A DNA stretch of 64,000 nucleotides from a virus: IMG/VR virus record IMGVR_UViG_3300031957_002648, positions 1 through 64,000 of that record. One strand, given 5' to 3'. Under the pieces are notes generated by a model. The model was given only the letters and a program-made list of their open reading frames with translations, ran no database searches and was not told the origin of the DNA. Each line of letters starts with the position of its first letter. Positions within the stretch are counted from its first letter, which is position 1. A program made the translations under genes and the position numbers. Positions 58,401 through 64,000 of the stretch are shown here, one piece after another.

Positions 58401-60645
58401 CAAATTCAATACCAAGTCTGCTTGGGAATATGTTAGTAGTGATTCCAGTCTGTACTGTTCCGCCACTAACATAAGTATGAGCAAATCCAACTGCACCAAC
58501 GTTAGCTTCAAATTGATTTCCAGAATTTACTTTCTGTACTTTATATTGATCTGCGTATTGTACTTCAGATAAGATACCATGAGAAGCATAGGTGTGAGCA
58601 ATAGTAGAAATGCCAGCATTGATTACAAGAGTAGAGGAACCAACAGAGACAACTCTAAACGTATCACCTTGAGTTCCATCTGGGAAGATAGTTGTAGTGA
58701 CACCAGCGTGTTCTACTCCACAAGTAAACTCAATGTCAGCTAGTTTAACGTCAGCACCTGCTAAGATATTATGATTTTTATTTAAGGTAATTGTAGAAAC
58801 ACCTGTTGACTCAGTGTAAACAAAGTCGGAAATACCATACTCGATACCTTGAGTGCTTGGGAATACATCTGTTGTGATTCCAGTCTCTACACTACCGCTC
58901 CCTTCATAAACGTGAGGAATGGTTGACGTACCAACTTGAGTTGTGAATGTGGTAGAACCAACAGCAGTGATGACTGTGTTAAAGATTCTCCCATTAGTGC
59001 CATCAGGGAAAATGGTTGTAGTGACACCAGCGTGCTCAACTGCACATGAGAACTCAAGGTCAGAAAGCCTTAGAGACATTCCTCTGTTGAGTAGGTGAGG
59101 AGCATCGGTGGTAACTGTTAAGATGCCACTTACATTATCATAAGAAGCTGTAGAGATTCCAAAGATGGTATCAAAACCTTTGGAACATTCCATCTTAATG
59201 TCATGGAATTTGATTGCCATCCCAGCAGCTAGAAGATGATCTCCACTGGTAGTCACTGTCATGACACCAGAAACGTTATCATAGTCAGCAGCGGTGATAC
59301 CTAGAAGACTATCATAAGATTTTGTACAACTAAACTCTATACCATCAAATGAAACTGCTTGTCCGGTTGTAATTCCATGAGCAGTCTTTGTGATTACTGT
59401 AGAAACTCCTGAGACATTATCATATTGGAAATCGTAAATATCAACTGTATTATTATATGGTGAGCATGTAAATGCTAGACCAACTAGATTGACAATATCA
59501 TTTGCAACAAGACTATGTGCAACTCCCGTAGTTACAGTGGCTACACCAGTTGATTCTGTATAGTCAAACGAATTAATATTAAGAGCATTGCCAACTAAAA
59601 GACCACTACTATATGGACGGTTGTTAATGACATCAGTTGAGATGGCTACGGCACGTTCAATTGCCTCAATAGTTGCATCCGCAATACTATATCCATTACT
59701 ATCAACACCATCAACGTGATCTAGAACTCCACCAGTAAAGTATGACTGTGCTGCACCAATAGATTTTTTATTGCTATTAGACTTGAGATCATTAGAGATA
59801 GCTCTAATCAAATCTTTAATATCATCACTGCAATTATCAGCACTGAGAGGAGCACCACCACTATCACTAATAACAAAAGGAGGATCTAGATAATCGGTAG
59901 ATGTTAGATATCCAACTGCTTCTTCCGCAATAAAATCAATATTTTGATCAAGTAATCTAGCAGCATCCTGTGCTCTGTTTCCACCAGCAAATCCACTGAG
60001 TCCACTGGTCAAAAAACCAACTGCTTCAGTTCTAAGGTACTTTAGATTCTGTCTAATGAGTCTTGCAGCATCAAAGAATCTATCAGAGGAAACTCCTAAG
60101 AGTGGTCTAAAAGCAATTACAGCTGCATCATTACTGACTGTACCAACAAAAGAAAGATCCTGAACTGTTCCACCACCACCCAACCAAATTAAATCTTCTG
60201 TGGTATTCTGTGGTTGAAGTAAAGTGTTTCTAAGATCGGCACCCGCAAGGGTGACGAAATCTTGCATTACAATTGGATTGTCTTCGATGTAAGTTCCGCC
60301 ATCGATTTTAATGACATCTCCAGGAGTCGCAATGCCAGCGGCTTTCTTGATGGTAAGGAAGGGGAAGTCGGGGGAGTCGCCTTGGTTAAGATCATCACCA
60401 TTTGTTGCTACAAACCATGTATTTCCAGGAGGAACATTGTTGATATTGATTATTCTTGTACCAACACCAACACCTGCAGTATCTTGTTTTACTGACAGTG
60501 TACCATCAAAATAATTATAAGCTAATTCACCTTGAAGAAGATCATCAACGCTAGGTCTTCTACCTTTAACGGATGTCCTTCTAGTTTGTATTCTCGTAGA
60601 GCTATTAACTCCTACATTTATTGAATCGCTATCAGGTGCTGCCAC
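55456..60645 (-). CDS. virion structural protein: beta-helix with nested helical and beta-barrel domains (1729 aa)
   Basis: N-terminal GELA.N..DG.L motif, WFVA.NG.D...PF.TI..A beta-helix start, YTQ.NQGG.G, HSFE.IG.G, STD..GNF.IG. Confidence 0.85.
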   Translation of the reverse strand: MAAPDSDSINVGVNSSTRIQTRRTSVKGRRPSVDDLLQGELAYNYFDGTLSVKQDTAGVGVGTRIININNVPPGNTWFVATNGDDLNQGDSPDFPFLTIKKAAGIATPGDVIKIDGGTYIEDNPIVMQDFVTLAGADLRNTLLQPQNTTEDLIWLGGGGTVQDLSFVGTVSNDAAVIAFRPLLGVSSDRFFDAARLIRQNLKYLRTEAVGFLTSGLSGFAGGNRAQDAARLLDQNIDFIAEEAVGYLTSTDYLDPPFVISDSGGAPLSADNCSDDIKDLIRAISNDLKSNSNKKSIGAAQSYFTGGVLDHVDGVDSNGYSIADATIEAIERAVAISTDVINNRPYSSGLLVGNALNINSFDYTESTGVATVTTGVAHSLVANDIVNLVGLAFTCSPYNNTVDIYDFQYDNVSGVSTVITKTAHGITTGQAVSFDGIEFSCTKSYDSLLGITAADYDNVSGVMTVTTSGDHLLAAGMAIKFHDIKMECSKGFDTIFGISTASYDNVSGILTVTTDAPHLLNRGMSLRLSDLEFSCAVEHAGVTTTIFPDGTNGRIFNTVITAVGSTTFTTQVGTSTIPHVYEGSGSVETGITTDVFPSTQGIEYGISDFVYTESTGVSTITLNKNHNILAGADVKLADIEFTCGVEHAGVTTTIFPDGTQGDTFRVVSVGSSTLVINAGISTIAHTYASHGILSEVQYADQYKVQKVNSGNQFEANVGAVGFAHTYVSGGTVQTGITTNIFPSRLGIEFAIQDFEYDKSTGLSTVTLKKDHNITAGETVNLTGVAFTCLPYNNEILIYDFQYDAATGVSTILTVENHGLIDGDLVELRDIEFTCSVEHAGVTTTFFPDGTQGFIYNVLAGSAGTTLVTNVGISTIAHTYDQGGKIKIGITTTVFPDGTQGSEFEVISVGSSTLTINAGISTIDHVYDSGGFLYGVKYIGNYTVSSVGTSTDFTIPIETVGFAHTYVSGGIVRVSGVTTNVFPVEDLNLSPRGLNFVVDSVVGLTTYVTNVGISSIIHNYIPDTGSSQKVKKYTTLGQSISPSVLRVSEGCVAVGATIENLAGIVTNSIGTGVSYLTGITTVFGVDIDDIDKCALDVGTILLSVAHDITRGGNSKCIGAAKSYFNDDGSLIDTFLRRNEEIEQTIATLNHVFKPVRSVINNVGAGQFPIGTNVNVIAAEYDNDIGIVTITTNESHNLSIDDPVELVGLGFTCLYDGGVTEVVFPSARLGQIYDVYKVIDSTRFESVVGISTINHIYTSGGTVQRFGNFQEEFTQLRDLSMQGDPVFGWNRDLQGCANVVSAIRSCIGIVTGILQNYLDNVGLGTTAPEPWAGFTTTYPGNAGAGQTDPDAIPSQGVGIIRKGPYIINCTNFIKNSIGARIDGFAADEGDQENDLGIQGSFNVDSYTQFNQGGIGVSVSNGAYCQLVSIFTICCDTAISAVKGGQLDLTNSNSSFGTRGLIAIGVGDNTTSSADRYTARVVNTSTRGSSTIQVSGVGTFKPYGGQALYFDELYTTIEDILVTDGGSGYTLPPKVNIEFPTGPGNAINAQATSSIDADGKVTTVNLLSQGLQYQYAPSITFTNQPGDTTGVGAAATALMTPVYYGVDSATTPYAGISTVTLVQTLNNDVGVGSTAYFSRQSLQIASSHSFEFIGAGNTIEFAYPSRGGVSRQEDEVIKVDGGEVIYTSTDERGNFRIGDGVVINQTTGTVSGRDYSKSLFVQVTPFILALGGE

Positions 60646-60673
60646 AGTTATTACATGTAGGTCCGGTTATGGT

Positions 60674-60712
60674 TATTTAGTAAATCCAAATAAACTTATT
60701 TTTGTCTAAATA
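60674..60712. promoter_or_regulatory. divergent pair of T4-type late promoters
   Basis: CTAAATA on the minus strand (60674-60680) and on the plus strand (60706-60712). Confidence 0.65.
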
Positions 60713-60737
60713 GCATCGAACACCAAATTATCCTTAA

Positions 60738-61229
60738 ATGAAAAAAGCATGGATTGCTTTTGGAATGATTCTGATGACGGCAAGCGCAGCGCGAGCCGAT
60801 ATTTCGCATAGAATTTCTTCTTCAGTGCAACTCACCGTAGATGCAGCCGCTTCGCAAGCAACTAGACTTGGATCTTCATATTCGGTAAGTGGTAGCAATA
60901 TTAGTGTCACTACGGAGGGTGGACTTGGAGCACTTACTCCTGGTAGCGCAGTTGGTTACACAGCAGCCGACTACTCTGCCCCCACCGATGGAACCTCATG
61001 GTCTTTCAGTGAAGCCTTCACCGAAGGAGACGCAACCCCAACAGGAACGACCATTACTAGCGGTGTGGCTGCATCCATCCCCGCGTTTGGAAGTGTCACA
61101 ACAACTGCTGGTGGGGTGGCTGGTAGCCTCGCTGGTAGCATCGATTCTTCTGGCACAATGTCATTAACTGCTGGTGGTGCTGGAACAAGTGCTACTGGAC
61201 AATTTGTTTCTGAAATTACCATTAAATAG
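60738..61229 (+). CDS. secreted Gly/Ser/Thr-rich protein
   Basis: Signal peptide MKK...AARA; conserved ...AGGAGT.ATGQFV.E.T end. Confidence 0.85.
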   Translation: MKKAWIAFGMILMTASAARADISHRISSSVQLTVDAAASQATRLGSSYSVSGSNISVTTEGGLGALTPGSAVGYTAADYSAPTDGTSWSFSEAFTEGDATPTGTTITSGVAASIPAFGSVTTTAGGVAGSLAGSIDSSGTMSLTAGGAGTSATGQFVSEITIK

Positions 61230-61235
61230 TAATGT

Positions 61236-61709
61236 CTAAATATAACGAGCGGTATATCCTTTATGAATTTTTCTGTGACCGCCAGCAACAGCAAGGAGAT
61301 GTGTAGAATTTAATCCCAATTCTCTGGCAATATCAGTAATTACACCAGTATATTTTTCACCAGTTTTGGTATTAATAACTTCTCCTTGTTTTGCTCTAAC
61401 TCTATTAGACCAACTATTCTGGCCAGAGTTTTTTACACTAACTCCTTTTTTAGATTTAGAAATTTTCTTTTTAGTTTCTTCTGATAAAGGACGACCTTTG
61501 TTCCACCCAGCAACAAAACTTTCTTCACCTTTCAGCATCTTCCATGCTTTAAAATCCGAAGCAAGTCCCAACCGTTGCCACTCACAAAAATGGAACATAC
61601 AATGTTGAGTATAAGATACTTCAACTAAATTAGATGGGTCATCATTTCCACCTCTATGTTTAGGTATAATATGATGTTTATACTTTTTAACTTCATTAAG
61701 ACAAGACAT
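61236..61709 (-). mobile_element. free-standing HNH homing endonuclease with NUMOD3 motif
   Basis: HHIIPKHRGG.DD.SNL....QH..H; WNKGRPLSEETKKKIS; antisense to both neighbours; AT-rich. Confidence 0.85.
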
Positions 61710-62135
61710 TTGTGGAGGTTCCGAACTTTACTTCCATTATTATTTATACAAATGTCTCCCGCTATGGCGGTTCCAGTCGTGCCTAATTTTAGTCAAGGTT
61801 CGATGACATCACACACAGAGACAACTCAAAAAATTACAGAGACCATCAATTCTATGGATTACAGTACAGGGTATCAATACTCTGCAACTGGATCTGGAAT
61901 TACAGCAAATGGAAACCTATCTCCCGGAACAGGAGATACAAATGTAACTATCGATGGAGTGACATCATCATGGACAGGCGTGACCAGCAAACCAACATTC
62001 ACACAAACAACACCAGGAACTGCGTTTCAATTCACAGAAACGTATCAAGGGCCCGGTTTAAAGAATCAAACAATAATTCAAAGAGTCACAGAAATAACAA
62101 GCGTAACAGACACTACAAGTATCTTCTCGCAATAA
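61656..62135 (+). CDS. secreted Thr-rich protein (start uncertain)
   Basis: AMA-VPVVPNF.QGSMTSHTET...FQFTETY.GPGL conserved cyanophage family. Confidence 0.8.
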   Translation: MFRYNMMFILFNFIKTRHLWRFRTLLPLLFIQMSPAMAVPVVPNFSQGSMTSHTETTQKITETINSMDYSTGYQYSATGSGITANGNLSPGTGDTNVTIDGVTSSWTGVTSKPTFTQTTPGTAFQFTETYQGPGLKNQTIIQRVTEITSVTDTTSIFSQ

Positions 62136-62818
62136 TTTCTCTTGGAATACTATCCCCGACTACGGCAATGGGTGAAACTGTGGGTGGTGTTAGCGCCACA
62201 GCTGCTCCTGTTGCTAACTCTTCAGGTTCTGTTACTAACCAGGCAATACAAGTTCTACAAGGCCCGTACATCACAAACACTTACGGTGCCGGGATCCAGT
62301 GTCAAGGACCCACACTCAACTTCACACCATATGTGACCGGAAGTGCAACTGCTGCCAAACCATACGAGCCATATTATTATGATCCTGTGTATGATGTGCG
62401 GGATCTCGATGAGGATGGTGCCCCTGATAATCCTGGGTCTGTTCTTTATCGCATTCCAGTAAGAACTGGACAAAAGGATAACTATAATTTGAGTATAGGA
62501 TTCTCTGCCACTTGGTCAACACCTCTGGACAAAAAACTCCAGAACCAATGTAAAGAAGCAGCTGCCGCTAACATCGCAATGATGAAACAACAAACTGCTA
62601 ATAAAAGATTGGATTTTGAAATTGCGAGATTAAAAAATTGTGGCGAACTCATGCAAAGAGGCATTCTATTCCGTCCTGGCACAGAGATGGCAAAGATTTG
62701 TGCTGATGTAATGGTGATGAATAAGAATGCAATTGCTCCACACCGTCATTCTATTCCTACTTCCTCAGGTCCCGCTGCAACTGGCGTCTCTCTTCAACAG
62801 AAAGCACCTCAGCCTTGA
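61970..62818 (+). CDS. exported/outer-membrane-like protein (start probably later than 61970)
   Basis: Signal-like YLLAIISLGILSPTTAMG; NSSGSVTNQA, CQGPT, G.SATW..PLD, RLDFEIARLKNCGEL. Confidence 0.8.
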   Translation: MDRRDQQTNIHTNNTRNCVSIHRNVSRARFKESNNNSKSHRNNKRNRHYKYLLAIISLGILSPTTAMGETVGGVSATAAPVANSSGSVTNQAIQVLQGPYITNTYGAGIQCQGPTLNFTPYVTGSATAAKPYEPYYYDPVYDVRDLDEDGAPDNPGSVLYRIPVRTGQKDNYNLSIGFSATWSTPLDKKLQNQCKEAAAANIAMMKQQTANKRLDFEIARLKNCGELMQRGILFRPGTEMAKICADVMVMNKNAIAPHRHSIPTSSGPAATGVSLQQKAPQP

Positions 62819-63422
62819 CACCTATCTTATCTTGTGCTTTTTTAACTATCTTTTTCACTAAAGGTTTGATAAGTTTTAATAGAAGCTCCGCCAATGGTTT
62901 TCCAAAGACTGCTGCTCCTGCTGCTGCTACGGCAATAGTAACTGTTGTTGATACTTCTTCTGCTGACGGCAAGTATTTCTCCACAAATGTTGGTTCTTCG
63001 ATTACCTCTACAGATTCTTCCTTCTTCTCTTCTTTTGTGATAGCAGTGACAGGAGGTGCTGGTGGAGGAGTATCCAATACTGGTGTTTCTGGTATCTCTG
63101 GCGTCTCACCCTCATAAGAAGGTACAGGTTTAGGAGGTCCGGTAAATACCATACCTTCTGGCGTATAATCAATTGGATTAAATGACGGAACTTGCCCATC
63201 ACAATATATCATTTTACCACTAGGATCATCTTCAATCAGTCCAGGGCCATCTGGATGAGATTCCACACACCCTGGCACATCTACAATAGGAGTTCCTATC
63301 GTTACTGTGACAGGAACAGTTCTAGTTATAATTGGTTCAGGAAGGCCCGTAAAGACACTTCTTACCGGTGGAATACCAATTTCTCTAATAGGTTCAATTT
63401 TCACATCACGAATATCAGGCAT
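62757..63422 (-). CDS. Pro-rich membrane-anchored protein
   Basis: PGCVE.H...CD..VPSFNPIDY, Pro/Glu linker, C-terminal TM helix. Confidence 0.8.
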   Translation of the reverse strand: MPDIRDVKIEPIREIGIPPVRSVFTGLPEPIITRTVPVTVTIGTPIVDVPGCVESHPDGPGLIEDDPSGKMIYCDGQVPSFNPIDYTPEGMVFTGPPKPVPSYEGETPEIPETPVLDTPPPAPPVTAITKEEKKEESVEVIEEPTFVEKYLPSAEEVSTTVTIAVAAAGAAVFGKPLAELLLKLIKPLVKKIVKKAQDKIGVKAEVLSVEERRQLQRDLRK

Positions 63423-63532
63423 TAGTCTTTAAAGATATTGGCAAGTGCAGTGAACAGGTGAAAGAAAATCACATACAAGAAAAACTTGTCTTGATTATCA
63501 TTCCTCTTTTTCGCTGGTACTGATCTAGCCAT
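63422..63532 (-). CDS. small membrane protein (36 aa)
   Basis: Hand translation MARSVPAKKRNDNQDKFFLYVIFFHLFTALANIFKD. Confidence 0.5.
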   Translation of the reverse strand: MARSVPAKKRNDNQDKFFLYVIFFHLFTALANIFKD

Positions 63533-63568
63533 GGTCTAGACATGAAACTTCATTACTATTTAACAATT

Positions 63569-63811
63569 TCATAGTGGAAGAACACCACCTGTTGCTTTTG
63601 GCAACTCTTTAGGTGCTGGAATCTCTGGCATAGCAGCATCTACCATACCAGGAAGTGCCTCTGTGATTGCTTCTGTGATTGCTTCTGTTGCTCTCTGACG
63701 AGCGTCTTCAATAAGTGCATCCTTATTGACATAAAGATAACCCGCTGCCCCTACAATGGACAGAGAGACCAAACCAGAAAGAAGGGCAATGGTGTTAACT
63801 AACTTTTGCAT
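63569..63811 (-). CDS. conserved small membrane protein
   Basis: MQK..N.IAL.SG.VS..I...GY.Y, Pro-rich tail. Confidence 0.75.
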   Translation of the reverse strand: MQKLVNTIALLSGLVSLSIVGAAGYLYVNKDALIEDARQRATEAITEAITEALPGMVDAAMPEIPAPKELPKATGGVLPL

Positions 63812-64000
63812 TTTCCTCTCCGTGGGCTAGTGAATAAAGACCTGTAAGTAATTCTTTGATACCATCATATTCTTTGTAATTTCCACGATGGAGATACTCC
63901 ACCTGTTTATTTCTCACAATAGCTTCGACTTGTTGCCATTGTCGTTGATCCATCATCCCTCTAAGGTTCCGTGTGCTCTACGAATCTCACGAAGTTCTTC

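Noticed and set aside
47439-60645. Diversity-generating retroelement or invertible tail-fibre cassette
   Set aside because: No reverse transcriptase, recombinase or adenine-specific TR/VR pair is visible in the window.

Overview
A 64-kb piece of a T4-like marine cyanophage (cyanomyovirus) genome, mostly coded on the minus strand. From left to right it holds: (1) an accessory block of four 2OG-Fe(II) oxygenase genes, a Zn-dependent deaminase, two unannotated His-rich microproteins, an SF2 helicase and a ParB-like protein; (2) two large tail-fibre-like genes, one ending in a needle with 21 His-x-His motifs; (3) three tRNAs (Leu-TAA, Met-CAT, Ile-TAT) with a structured manA-like RNA between two of them; (4) the baseplate/tail block (gp5, gp27-like, tape-measure-like genes, gp26/gp51, gp54-like, gp4, gp2-like, gp48, gp53) with cp12 embedded; (5) gp32, gp33, an exonuclease, phoH, thyX and a glutaredoxin; (6) a putative nitrogen-sensing locus (NtcA box, tandem glutamine riboswitches, DUF4278 gene); (7) psbD and psbA with a PhotoRC-II-like leader; (8) very large virion proteins; (9) a three-gene secreted-protein operon interrupted by an antisense HNH endonuclease. 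The strongest novel-looking observations are three. A 64-codon gene sits entirely inside the variable stem of a glutamine riboswitch aptamer. A 1729-aa virion protein is built by recursive, branched domain-within-domain insertion, A(B(C(D,E),F(G))). A probable -1 frameshift fuses gp26 to gp51. All family assignments are by motif recognition only; no searches or folding programs were run.
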